Assembly (NCBI GenBank): GCA_017450205.1
Contig: JAFSVF010000007.1
Location: 44,060 to 108,059 of the forward strand
From: Bacilli bacterium
GTDB taxonomy: Bacteria > Bacillota_I > Bacilli_A > RF39 > UBA660
Length of the DNA: 64,000 bases
Reading direction: 5' to 3'
Shown: in pieces, positions 11,194-21,511 of the stretch
Layout of the letters: every line of letters begins with the position of its first letter
How positions within the stretch are numbered: the stretch's first letter is position 1
Translations under genes and position numbers: made by a program
Notes under the pieces: model-generated
Told to the model about the DNA's origin: nothing
Databases searched by the model: none
The model's input: only the letters and a program-made list of their open reading frames with translations

Positions 11194-12596
11194 TGAGTAA
11201 TCCTCCTTCCTGGTTGTTGAGGTAATTCAACTACAACAGTAGTACCCTTACCATAACTACTAACTATATTAATAGTACCTTTAAGCATTTCTACTATTTT
11301 CTTAGTAACTGATAAGTTTAAAGATAACTTAGCATTATAATATTTATTATTCTTAACTTTATCACTATTGTATTCATATACAAAAGGAAGTATATCATTA
11401 TGAATTCCAAGACCTGTATCTTTAACCACAATCTTTAATCTTGGTTTTTCCATATTATCATCAATATCAATATCTAAATCTATATCTCCATTCGTAGTAG
11501 TTTGTAAAGAATTCTCAAGTAATTTAGTAATAATTTGTCTAATATGTCCTTCATCTCCATAAAGAATAGGAATATTGTCACTAACATTAATATTAAATTT
11601 AGTAGTATTAGATATTTTGTATACTATAGACTTTCTTATTTGAGTAATAATAGTTCTTATATCATAATTACTTTCAATTATATCAGTATGTTTAGTATCT
11701 AGTTTATTAATATCTATAATACTAGAAATAGTATCAAGTAATAGATTAGAATAATAAATTAATTCAGTAGCATCTTCTTCAAGTTCTTTAGGAATATTTT
11801 TACTATTAATTTTAATATCTTCAGCTAGTCCAATAATACCATTAAGTGGAGTTCTTATTTCATGTGACATATTCTTTAAGAAATCACTCTTAACGCTATT
11901 AGCTTCATTAACTTTATTTTTAGCACTTTCAAGTTCTTTAATCATTTTATAGTCTGTATTCTCCATAGTTAAATAAATTAAATACATGATTAAATATTCA
12001 ATTATTGTAACTATTGCAAGAGTTGGAAATAGTGCTTGTATAACACCACCTATAACAGCAAGTAATATAAATATATATAAAGGTAATACAATATTTCTTC
12101 TAAATTTACTTCTATTTCTATGTAAAGTCATAGTCCAAAAGAATACATTAACTACTGAATAAATACTTACTGTATTAATAGCAGCACCATACCCATATAA
12201 GTCATTAATATGTACTGGTAAGAAACAAGATACTATAGAAATAATTATACAAAACATAAAAGAATATCTTTTAGTCTTAATATAGTATTTATTATTTTCT
12301 TTTTCATAACATACAGATAAAATATATAATGTTAATTCATTAATCATTGCACATGTATAAACAATATAAAATTTAATTAGTATTTCTCCAAATAAAATAT
12401 TATAGTTGGGTTGATAATACAAATATAACATTGTACCAAATTCATTGATTAAGCCAGTAAAGTTATATATCAATAATTTAGTAAATATTTTAGTTTGCTC
12501 ATTAATTATTCTTTTTTTTGAAAAGAATAAAATAATTGTTACTAGTGAAAAGAATATTGTAATACCAATTGAATAGCAGTATATCACGTTCACCAC
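11190..12596 (-). CDS. sensor histidine kinase (multi-TM sensor, HisKA + HATPase_c)
   Basis: Canonical H-box KSDFLKNMSHEIRTPLN with DTGLGI and GKGTTV motifs. Overlaps the downstream kinase by 4 nt (ATGA). Confidence 0.85.
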   Translation of the reverse strand: MVNVIYCYSIGITIFFSLVTIILFFSKKRIINEQTKIFTKLLIYNFTGLINEFGTMLYLYYQPNYNILFGEILIKFYIVYTCAMINELTLYILSVCYEKENNKYYIKTKRYSFMFCIIISIVSCFLPVHINDLYGYGAAINTVSIYSVVNVFFWTMTLHRNRSKFRRNIVLPLYIFILLAVIGGVIQALFPTLAIVTIIEYLIMYLIYLTMENTDYKMIKELESAKNKVNEANSVKSDFLKNMSHEIRTPLNGIIGLAEDIKINSKNIPKELEEDATELIYYSNLLLDTISSIIDINKLDTKHTDIIESNYDIRTIITQIRKSIVYKISNTTKFNINVSDNIPILYGDEGHIRQIITKLLENSLQTTTNGDIDLDIDIDDNMEKPRLKIVVKDTGLGIHNDILPFVYEYNSDKVKNNKYYNAKLSLNLSVTKKIVEMLKGTINIVSSYGKGTTVVVELPQQPGRRITQ

Positions 12597-12953
12597 ATCC
12601 TTATTATAATTATATCAATATAATAAATTAAATAAAATATTACTGATATGTTTTTATTAAATTTTAATTATTAATATATTGATATAAGAAAAAATATAAA
12701 AAGAGTGGGGATTAACATTACGTCAGAACCTCCAGCAGAAAATAGAAAAACAGTAAGAAAAACACATGAAGAATTAGAAAAAATGAGAATTGAAAAAAAG
12801 TTAAAAAAACAATTGGTTAAAGATTATTAAGTTTATTAGTTAAGGTTATGAAGTAAAAGATAATTATACACTTGATGAGATAAAGGCTCTTGAACAAGAA
12901 ATTGGTGAAGGTGTAAAAATTTTAAACAAAGTAAAATAAGAAGGGTAACCTTC

Positions 12954-13685
12954 TTATTTTGTTTTTCTTAAAATAGGAGATGTATTTTCTAAATCAGGAT
13001 GACCAAAATCATAATGGAAGTCTTCTGGTGTAACCTCTCTTGATTTAAAGAATGAAAGATTATGTTCTTTAGTTACTGTAGTTGAACAATTCTCATTTAC
13101 ATAAGGATAGTATTCAAGTATTTCTCTATAATCATCTACATATGGACTTCTTTCAACATACCATTTACCATTCTTTTCTTCTACACTATATCCAAAGTAT
13201 TGTTCATGGCATAATCTTACTTTACCAGTATTATCAAAATCATATTGATCTTTATGCCAATCGTAATGAGTTTCAACTATTTCTTTTGTATCAATTACAT
13301 TACCCTTTTCATCTTTAATTTCAATTATTTCTCTAGTTTCATATTTATATTCAAACTCTAAATAATCATAATTATTAGCCATTTTATTATATAGGTAATC
13401 AAAGTTTTCTATACCATCAAATAAGTCTTTTTTGGAAATTTTCTCAAAAGCTAATTCATCTTTTTTATTAATATCTATATATTCAGGATTCCATTGATAT
13501 CCGTTGTGGTCATAAAGATGTTCATTATCTTCATATTTTTTAATGGTAAAACCATTAATTTCTTTAGTATATAAATGAACATGTCTATTAGGTAATTCGC
13601 ACTCACTTGTCTCTCCACAACCAGATAATGTTAATGAAGACATTATCATATAAGGTAATAATTTATATATCATTTTCTTTTTCAT
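12954..13685 (-). CDS. lipoprotein, unknown function
   Basis: Signal peptide with lipobox LTLSGC. Y/E/D-rich mature region. Confidence 0.6.
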   Translation of the reverse strand: MKKKMIYKLLPYMIMSSLTLSGCGETSECELPNRHVHLYTKEINGFTIKKYEDNEHLYDHNGYQWNPEYIDINKKDELAFEKISKKDLFDGIENFDYLYNKMANNYDYLEFEYKYETREIIEIKDEKGNVIDTKEIVETHYDWHKDQYDFDNTGKVRLCHEQYFGYSVEEKNGKWYVERSPYVDDYREILEYYPYVNENCSTTVTKEHNLSFFKSREVTPEDFHYDFGHPDLENTSPILRKTK

Positions 13686-13789
13686 ATTAATCTCCCTTTT
13701 TTCAAGGAATTATTCTATATTTTTTAATTGTTGTTGTCAAATAAATTTTGTGCTATACTAAAAATCGTTTAAGGGGAGAGTTGGTATAA

Positions 13790-15421
13790 ATGAATAATGT
13801 ACAATTCGCAGATAATAAACAAGGTTATGATAAGTATTATGCATTAATTAAGAACCTTGAAGGTATATTTGAAAAAGTATATCAAATGAATAATTATAAG
13901 TTAGATATTAGCTATTATGAAAATGAATTAAATAGAATTAAGAAAGAATTCAATTTAAAAGATGAAATGTTACAATCTTCTACAATTACATTTGAAAGCT
14001 TTAGAACAGATTATGAAATGTTTACATTAGGAGAACTAAATAAATCACTAGAAAAATTAACTAATGAATTTGAAAATAATGTTACACCAATTTATAACAT
14101 TTATTTACTTTTTAGATCAATTGATAAAAAGATAAATAATAAAAAAGATAATGATATTGAAGAAGTTTTATCTGAAACATTTAAATTGTTGGATAGTATA
14201 GATTTAGTTTCAACGCATAATAATATTGAAACTACTACTTTAATTGATAGAGCACACAAAACTATTTATAATGCTCTTCTATATGAAGAAGTATATAACA
14301 GACATGACATTCTAAATTATATTAAATCATTAAATTTATCTACAACAAGAGAAACACTTGGAGAAATTATTAGAAAAGAAACTAAAGATTTAGTTGAAAA
14401 AGGTTTTATTACATCAGAAGATATAGATTCAGAATTTATTAATCATATCAATGAAGGTTTAGGATACGATTATTTAAGTGAAGAGTATTTAAAATTACTT
14501 GCTAATACAAAATTTGCTAATAAAATGAATCGCATGAGTAAAAAACAAGAAGAAGAACTAATCCTACTTGAAAAGAAAATAAAAAGAAATAATGATGAAA
14601 TTACATCAGATGAAACATATTTAAAGAATCATAAGTTTGATTTAGTAAAAAATGTTATTCAAGAGGTTATAATGAGAAGTTCAGTAATTGGTGCATTATC
14701 AATACCAGTATTTGGAACTTACCTTGGATATTCTGTTGGAAAATCAACAAGTGAAAAAATTACTGAATATGCAACTATAACAAGAGAAATAGATTTAGAT
14801 ACACGTGAATATTTATCTGAACCTGTAAAAGAATATGATGACAAAGAAACAAGTTATGTTGCAACGCTTACAATATATGAACCATGGACTAAGAATCCAA
14901 ATGGTCCAGGGTATATTAGAAAAGCTGTAGCTTACGAATATATTACACCAGAAAATGCTTCAAGTGATTTTAGAATTACAAGAGAAAACATCGAAGGTAA
15001 TATTAGAGAAAAGTATAAATTTAGTGAATTATCAGATGTAATTCCTGAAAATGAAAATACAACTGATTCCATAATTCATATTACAGAAACATATCAAGAC
15101 AAATTAGATTCAAGAAAAAGTACTAGATATATCTTACCATTTAGTATAGTAGCAGGTATTTTAAGTAGTGCAATTGGAATTGCAGGTTTAATAGCACTTT
15201 TAACAAATGATAATAGAAGAAGAACATTAGAAAACTTAAGCGATGAAAGAAGAGAATACAAGGAAAATATTAAATCTACAAAGGATAATCTAGAGTATTA
15301 TAGTGAAAAAGCATATGAATTAGAAAAAGAAAAAGAGAATATAGAAAATCAATATAATATAAAACTAGATACTGAAGTATTAAAAAGAACTTTAAAACAT
15401 AATAAGCCTAACAAACGTTAG
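13790..15421 (+). CDS. hypothetical protein with C-terminal TM anchor and coiled coil
   Basis: 543 aa ORF with RBS aggggagag. One predicted TM (ILPFSIVAGILSSAIGIAGLIALL) is followed by a charged coiled-coil tail. Confidence 0.45.
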   Translation: MNNVQFADNKQGYDKYYALIKNLEGIFEKVYQMNNYKLDISYYENELNRIKKEFNLKDEMLQSSTITFESFRTDYEMFTLGELNKSLEKLTNEFENNVTPIYNIYLLFRSIDKKINNKKDNDIEEVLSETFKLLDSIDLVSTHNNIETTTLIDRAHKTIYNALLYEEVYNRHDILNYIKSLNLSTTRETLGEIIRKETKDLVEKGFITSEDIDSEFINHINEGLGYDYLSEEYLKLLANTKFANKMNRMSKKQEEELILLEKKIKRNNDEITSDETYLKNHKFDLVKNVIQEVIMRSSVIGALSIPVFGTYLGYSVGKSTSEKITEYATITREIDLDTREYLSEPVKEYDDKETSYVATLTIYEPWTKNPNGPGYIRKAVAYEYITPENASSDFRITRENIEGNIREKYKFSELSDVIPENENTTDSIIHITETYQDKLDSRKSTRYILPFSIVAGILSSAIGIAGLIALLTNDNRRRTLENLSDERREYKENIKSTKDNLEYYSEKAYELEKEKENIENQYNIKLDTEVLKRTLKHNKPNKR

Positions 15422-15473
15422 ACTTATTTTTATATAAAAAAAACTAACTATTTCTAGTTAGTTAATTTCTAAA

Positions 15474-15550
15474 TGGTAGCGACGGGGAGATTCGAACTCT
15501 CGACCTGCCGGGTATGAACCGGATGCTCTAGCCAGCTGAGCTACATCGCC
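15474..15550 (-). tRNA. tRNA-Met (anticodon CAT)
   Basis: Reverse complement reads GGCGATGTAGCTCAGCTGGCTAGAGCATCCGGTTCATACCCGGCAGGTCGAGAGTTCGAATCTCCCCGTCGCTACCA. This gives a cloverleaf with a TTCATAC anticodon loop, a TTCGAAT T-loop and an encoded CCA. A few stem mismatches or wobbles are present. Confidence 0.8.
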
Positions 15551-15630
15551 ATTTCTTCAAGAACAAAAATATAATAACATATATTTAATTATTAAGTCAA
15601 TATTTATTTTGATGTATTTATTTGATATTA

Positions 15631-15657
15631 TTCTCATGCTATAATTTAACATGAGAA
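15631..15657 (+). promoter_or_regulatory. palindromic operator overlapping the -10 of the Fe-ADH promoter
   Basis: ttctcatg-ctataatttaa-catgagaa is an 8-bp perfect inverted repeat bracketing TATAAT (15640-15645). Confidence 0.35.
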
Positions 15658-15671
15658 TAGGAGGAATTACC

Positions 15672-16826
15672 ATGGCAAATAGAATGGTATTAAATGAAAC
15701 TTGTTATTTTGGTTATGGAGCAAAAGACAGTTTAGTTGATGAAATAAAAGGAAGAGGATTTAAAAAAGTATTAGTAGTAAGCGATCCTGGAATTGTAGAT
15801 GCAGGTATTGCAAAACAAATTACTGACCTTTTAGATGAAAATGGAATAGCTTATAAGTTATATGCAGATATTCAACCTAATCCAAGCATTGAAAATGTTA
15901 AAGGTGGAGTAGAAGTTGCAAGAGCTGAAAATGTTGATTCATTTGTAGTAGTAGGTGGTGGATCAGCAATTGATACTACCAAAGCTATTGCAATTATAAT
16001 GACTAATCCAGAATATGAAGATGTAAGAAGTCTTGATGGAGTAGTAGCTACTAAAAATAAATGTATGCCAATTATTGCACTTCCTACAACAGCAGGAACA
16101 GCTGCAGAGGTTACAATAAACTATGTAATTAGTGATGAAGAAAATAAAAAGAAAATGGTTTGTGTTGATCCACATGATATTCCGGTGGTAGCAATCGTAG
16201 ATCCAGATCTAATGAGCACAATGCCATCCCCACTTGCAGCAGCAACAGGAATGGATGCACTTACACATGCAATGGAAGGTTATATTACTAAGGGTTCTTT
16301 CTTAGCATCAGATATGTTCCATATTAATGCAATCGCGCTTATTTATAAGAATCTAGAAGCGGCAGTTAATAAAAAAGATAAAGATGCAATTGAAAAAGTA
16401 GCATATGGTCAATATATCGCAGGTATGGGATTCTCTAACTCAGGTTTAGGAATTGTTCATTCACTAGCACATTCACTAGGAAGTTATTGTCATATAGCTC
16501 ATGGAGATGCTTGTGCTGTTATGCTTCCACATGTATTAAAATTCAATGGTAGTGTTTGTCCAGATGCCTATAGAGATATGGGTAGAGCTATGGGACTATC
16601 AATGGATGGTTTAAGTGATGAAGCAGCAGTAGATGCAGTAGTTAATGCTGTTAAAGATTTATCAGTTAAAGTTGGAATTAAACAAACTTTAAAAGAATTG
16701 GGCGTTGAAAGAGATATGCTTCCAATCATGGCAGATCAAGCAATTAACGATGTATGTACTGGAGGAAATCCAAGAACAACTACTCGTGATGATATGTTAA
16801 AACTTTACGAAGAAACTTATGAATAA
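15672..16826 (+). CDS. iron-containing alcohol dehydrogenase (FucO/DhaT-like)
   Basis: GGGSAIDTTKA NAD-binding motif and the His-rich Fe site (HAMEGY...HSLAHSLG...HG). RBS aggagg precedes the ATG at 15672. Confidence 0.9.
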   Translation: MANRMVLNETCYFGYGAKDSLVDEIKGRGFKKVLVVSDPGIVDAGIAKQITDLLDENGIAYKLYADIQPNPSIENVKGGVEVARAENVDSFVVVGGGSAIDTTKAIAIIMTNPEYEDVRSLDGVVATKNKCMPIIALPTTAGTAAEVTINYVISDEENKKKMVCVDPHDIPVVAIVDPDLMSTMPSPLAAATGMDALTHAMEGYITKGSFLASDMFHINAIALIYKNLEAAVNKKDKDAIEKVAYGQYIAGMGFSNSGLGIVHSLAHSLGSYCHIAHGDACAVMLPHVLKFNGSVCPDAYRDMGRAMGLSMDGLSDEAAVDAVVNAVKDLSVKVGIKQTLKELGVERDMLPIMADQAINDVCTGGNPRTTTRDDMLKLYEETYE

Positions 16827-16918
16827 TAAAAAAAGATTTATAAAAAATATAAATCTTTTTTTATGATATTTTTTAAAAAATATAATCATGTTATAATGAA
16901 TTTAGATTAGGTGAGAGT

Positions 16919-18715
16919 ATGTCGGATATAAGAAATGCGTATTTAGGTTTATTATTAGCTTATAGTATTGTTGTATTTTTACTTATCATGATAAGAGATA
17001 CTAATAATAACAATTCATTTAAAAAATCTTTAAACTTGTTTAATACATGTTTATTTGTTTTTATAATTGGACTAGTTATTAATATATTAGGTAATAATTT
17101 TTATGATACAAGTAATTGGTACTCATTAAAAAATGTATTTTTAGCTAAGGGCTATTGCGCTTATTTATTTTCACTTATAGCATTCTTGTCTTCTTATTAT
17201 TGTGTTAATATTTTTAATTTTCAAATGAATGTATTACCTAAAAATAAAAAGAGTATTTTTTACTTCTTATTTTATATAATTTCAATTATTTTAATATTTG
17301 CATTACCTATAACAATTGAATTAAATGATGGTAGATTCTCATTTACTGGTCTATCTGTAACATATACTATGATAGCAGCTTTCTCATCATTTGTACCTGT
17401 AATTATTGAATTTATAATGAATATAAGAAAGATAGATTATTTTGAACTATTTTCACCATTCTTATTCTTTGCATTATGTATACTTTCAATATATTTTCAA
17501 TATGTAGTTAATTTATCACTTAATGAATTAGTAATAGCATTCTCTCTAGTTGTTACTTATTTTGGCGTTGAAAAAAGAGAAGAAAAACTTCAAGAAAATA
17601 TAAGTAATGCAATTATTTCTCTACAAAAAGGAGCTAGATTTAAATCAGACTTCTTATCTAATATGTCTCATGAAATAAAAACACCACTAAATTCAATTCT
17701 TTATACATCTAGAACATTAAATGAAAATAATAATATTAATTATGCTACTAAAAGAGAAATCAATGATATTATCTATTCCTCAGATATGCTTCAAGAAGTA
17801 ATAAGTAATATATTAATGGTTAATAAACTAGAAAATAATAAAGCTAATTTTAATAAGATTAATTATAACATTAAAACTGAAATTAAAACCTTACCATTTG
17901 TAGAAAAAATGAAAATAGATCCAAATGGAATAAACTTCTTTGTATATATAGATCCAAATGTACCAGATTTAATCTATGGTGAAAAAGAAGCAATTAGACT
18001 AATAATTAATAACGTATTAACATTTGCTCTTAACTATGTTAAGAGTGGTTCTTTAACTTTAAAAATATCTTGGGATGAAGAATCAGATAAAGGTTCTCAA
18101 TTAGTTCTAGAAGTAGAAAACGTTGAAGAAGGAATTGGAAATCTTTATAAGAATATAGATAACTTATCTGTATCTATATTTGACTGTGTTCAAAATTCAG
18201 ACTTTGGATTAGGTTTAGCATCAATTCTTACAAATAAATTAAATGGTAAAATTGATTTAGAAATCGAAGAAAACAGAAACAATATTATATTTAATATTCC
18301 TCATACAATCGGAGTTAAAATGCAAAACTTTGATAATGTAAGTTATGAAGGTAAGAAAGTACTAGTAGTAGATGATGTTAACTTAAATTTAAAAATTGCT
18401 AATAATGTATTCTCAAGTCTTAATATTGCATGTGATCTTGCAAACTCAGGTAGTGAATGTATTGAATTTGTAAAAAATAATATTTATGATTATATATTCT
18501 TAGATATAATGATGCCAAACTTAAATGGTGAAGAAACATTAAAAAAATTAAAAGAAATAGATGGTTTTAATGTTCCTGTTATAGCATTAACAGCTGATGA
18601 TGTACCAGACGCTGAAAAGAAGTATTTAGAAAAAGGTTTTTCAGGTTTTATAATAAAACCATTTACAAAATCAGATATAGTTAATGTTCTTGAAATTACT
18701 AATGGAGGTGATTAG
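16919..18715 (+). CDS. hybrid sensor histidine kinase (multi-TM, HisKA, HATPase_c, C-terminal REC)
   Basis: H-box KSDFLSNMSHEIKTPLN. Receiver segment VLVVDDVNLNLK...FLDIMMPNLNG...ALTAD. Confidence 0.85.
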   Translation: MSDIRNAYLGLLLAYSIVVFLLIMIRDTNNNNSFKKSLNLFNTCLFVFIIGLVINILGNNFYDTSNWYSLKNVFLAKGYCAYLFSLIAFLSSYYCVNIFNFQMNVLPKNKKSIFYFLFYIISIILIFALPITIELNDGRFSFTGLSVTYTMIAAFSSFVPVIIEFIMNIRKIDYFELFSPFLFFALCILSIYFQYVVNLSLNELVIAFSLVVTYFGVEKREEKLQENISNAIISLQKGARFKSDFLSNMSHEIKTPLNSILYTSRTLNENNNINYATKREINDIIYSSDMLQEVISNILMVNKLENNKANFNKINYNIKTEIKTLPFVEKMKIDPNGINFFVYIDPNVPDLIYGEKEAIRLIINNVLTFALNYVKSGSLTLKISWDEESDKGSQLVLEVENVEEGIGNLYKNIDNLSVSIFDCVQNSDFGLGLASILTNKLNGKIDLEIEENRNNIIFNIPHTIGVKMQNFDNVSYEGKKVLVVDDVNLNLKIANNVFSSLNIACDLANSGSECIEFVKNNIYDYIFLDIMMPNLNGEETLKKLKEIDGFNVPVIALTADDVPDAEKKYLEKGFSGFIIKPFTKSDIVNVLEITNGGD

Positions 18716-18718
18716 AGG

Positions 18719-20536
18719 ATGTTAATTACAGTTACTTTAGAATTTTTATCATTTCTATTTTTAATAATAATATTCTGTTCATTTATGATTAGAAACAAAA
18801 ATAAATCCGATGAATCAATATTCTTCTTTAGATTAACTCTTGTTACATTAATAACAATATTAGTTGAAATAGGAGCAACATTTACATTAGCTTATAGAGA
18901 TATTGTACCAACATTAAATATTATATTTAATAGACTATATGTCTCTTTAATTGCTCTTCTCATGCTTCAAATTAGTTATTTTATAATATTCCTATACAAT
19001 GATGAATTTAAAATAAATGAACAAAAGGGAATTAAAATAAGAAAACTATTAGATATTTCATGTTTAGCAGTAGTAATTATTGATTTATTTTTACCAATGA
19101 AATTTATCAGTAATGAATTTGGTGATAAATTTGGTGTTTATACTGATGGTCCAGGAGTATCCTTTGTAATAATTTATGGATTTATATTATTTATACTTGA
19201 TTTAATATCATGCTTAAAATTTAGAAATTATTTTACTAAACATAGAGTGACTTGTTTAATATTTTATTTTCTATTATTATTTGATGGAGTAATTGCAAGA
19301 CTATTACTACCTGGTATAACAATCATATGTTGTGAAGTAGCACTAATAGTTATTTTAATATATTTCCTTATTGAAAATTATGATACTAAAAGGGTAGAAC
19401 AATTAAAAGTAATAAGAGATCAAGCAAATAAATTTGACCAAGAAAGAACTAAATTCTTATCTAATATGTCCCATGAAATAAGAACTAGTTTAAATACTAT
19501 CGTAGTAACATCAAATGATTTACTTGAATCTAATGTAGATAATTCAATAAAAGAAGAACTTAAAGATTGTTTATATGCATCTGATACTTTACTAGAACTA
19601 GTGGGTAACATCTTAGATTTAAATAAAATATCTAGTGAATTCATATCATTAAACAATGTTCAATATAACTTAAAGAAAGAAGTAGAGTCTATAGTAGAAA
19701 TGACTTCTATTAGAATTGAAAATAAACCTATAAACTTTATTATGAATATAGATAATAGTATCCCAAATACATTATATGGTGATAAAGTTTATATGAAACA
19801 AATAATGAATAATTTACTTACTAATGCATTTAAATATACTAATGAAGGTGAAGTTAAATTTAACATTAGTTGTGAAAATGATTTAACTAATAAAAAATGT
19901 CATTTAATAATATCAGTACAAGATACAGGTATTGGTATTCAAGATACTTCTAAGTTGTTTAATAAATTTGATAGGTTAAATGTAGATAAAATAAGTACAG
20001 TTGAAGGAACTGGTTTAGGTTTAGTTATTACAAAGAAAATAATAGACTCAATGAAAGGTACTATTAATGTTGAATCAACTTACGGAAAAGGATCAAAATT
20101 CACTGTTGAATTAGATCAAGAAATTGTAGATAAACCAGTTAATGTAGTAAATAAATCTCAAGTCATTAATTATAACTTTGGTAATAGAAGAATACTACTT
20201 TTAGATGATGATAAATTAAATTTAAAGGTCGAAAAGAAAACATTATCTAAATTTAACTTTAAGATTGATACAGTTAATAATGTAGATGAAGCATTAGATT
20301 TAATTAAAAACAATGGTTATGACTTAATATTTACAGATGTCTATTTAGAAAATGGTTATGATGACCAAGTACTAAGATATGCTAAAAAGTTTAATATACC
20401 AGTTATATGTTTAACAGCAGATGCTATCGAAGGTGCTGAAGAAAAATATTTGAACTTGGGATATAGTTATTATATTTCAAAACCATATACAGTAAGAGAT
20501 ATCTATGATGTATTAGAAAAAGCATTTAGAAAATAG
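18719..20536 (+). CDS. hybrid sensor histidine kinase (multi-TM, HisKA, HATPase_c, C-terminal REC)
   Basis: H-box RTKFLSNMSHEIRTSLN with DTGIGI and GTGLGL motifs. Receiver segment ILLLDDDKLNLK...DLIFTDVYL...CLTAD. Confidence 0.85.
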   Translation: MLITVTLEFLSFLFLIIIFCSFMIRNKNKSDESIFFFRLTLVTLITILVEIGATFTLAYRDIVPTLNIIFNRLYVSLIALLMLQISYFIIFLYNDEFKINEQKGIKIRKLLDISCLAVVIIDLFLPMKFISNEFGDKFGVYTDGPGVSFVIIYGFILFILDLISCLKFRNYFTKHRVTCLIFYFLLLFDGVIARLLLPGITIICCEVALIVILIYFLIENYDTKRVEQLKVIRDQANKFDQERTKFLSNMSHEIRTSLNTIVVTSNDLLESNVDNSIKEELKDCLYASDTLLELVGNILDLNKISSEFISLNNVQYNLKKEVESIVEMTSIRIENKPINFIMNIDNSIPNTLYGDKVYMKQIMNNLLTNAFKYTNEGEVKFNISCENDLTNKKCHLIISVQDTGIGIQDTSKLFNKFDRLNVDKISTVEGTGLGLVITKKIIDSMKGTINVESTYGKGSKFTVELDQEIVDKPVNVVNKSQVINYNFGNRRILLLDDDKLNLKVEKKTLSKFNFKIDTVNNVDEALDLIKNNGYDLIFTDVYLENGYDDQVLRYAKKFNIPVICLTADAIEGAEEKYLNLGYSYYISKPYTVRDIYDVLEKAFRK

Positions 20537-20617
20537 AGTTTAAACTCTATTTTTTTATCTTTTAAATAGATATTATATAAGAAATTTACTATAATATTAT
20601 AGTAGGAGTTGATTACA

Positions 20618-21511
20618 ATGAATGATTCAAAAGAAAAATTATGCCCCAATTGCAATTCATTATTAAATTATGAAAATGAGTCATTCATTTGTGATTATTG
20701 TGACTCTAAATTTAGTGAATTAGATTTAGAAAATATAAAAAATAACATTCCAATAACTAGTGATATAACAATAGATAAAGTTACAAGATATATTCCATTT
20801 ACTAAAACAAAAAATGATCTTTTAAATGAAGTAAAAAGAATAACTAAGGGTAAGATATTTATTCCTAGTATTTTTAAAAGAATTAGAGAAGAAGATATAA
20901 AACTTCAATATGTACCATTCTATATTTTTGATATTAAAAGCGAAGGAGATACTAATCTTAAATGTACTGATATAGTATCTAAAGTAAAAGATGAAAATAA
21001 AATAATTAATATTAAAAAATATAAAACTACAATTAATTCAAAAGTTGATTTTGCTAAAATTCAAGTATGTGCAAATAATGACTTTGATAAAAAAAATATT
21101 GAAGGTATAAATGAATTTGATTTTAATAATTTGAGTGATATACCAACTGATTTAGATAACACATTAGAAACTAATATAACTTATAATGAATCATTAAAAA
21201 TTGTTTATAAAAAATGTAGAAAACTAATTAATGATTTAGTTATGAAAAAGACTGAACATAAATATTCAGTAATAAATTCTAATAATATAAAATATGATTT
21301 AATAAATGCTGAATTAGTATACTTACCAATTCTTTATGTAGAAATAAATTATTTAAATAACAAGTATTATTTAAAAATGAATGGTGAATCAGGAGAATTA
21401 GACTTAGATATTCCTATTTCTAATGAAAGAATGTTTATACTGACTACTCTTGTATTTTTAATAACTGTGCTTATTGCATCATTAATATTCTTCTTAGGAG
21501 GTGCTAAATGA
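20618..21511 (+). CDS. zinc-ribbon membrane protein, unknown function
   Basis: N-terminal CPNCNS...CDYCDS double Cys pair and a C-terminal TM. RBS aggag 9 nt upstream of the ATG at 20618. Confidence 0.5.
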   Translation: MNDSKEKLCPNCNSLLNYENESFICDYCDSKFSELDLENIKNNIPITSDITIDKVTRYIPFTKTKNDLLNEVKRITKGKIFIPSIFKRIREEDIKLQYVPFYIFDIKSEGDTNLKCTDIVSKVKDENKIINIKKYKTTINSKVDFAKIQVCANNDFDKKNIEGINEFDFNNLSDIPTDLDNTLETNITYNESLKIVYKKCRKLINDLVMKKTEHKYSVINSNNIKYDLINAELVYLPILYVEINYLNNKYYLKMNGESGELDLDIPISNERMFILTTLVFLITVLIASLIFFLGGAK

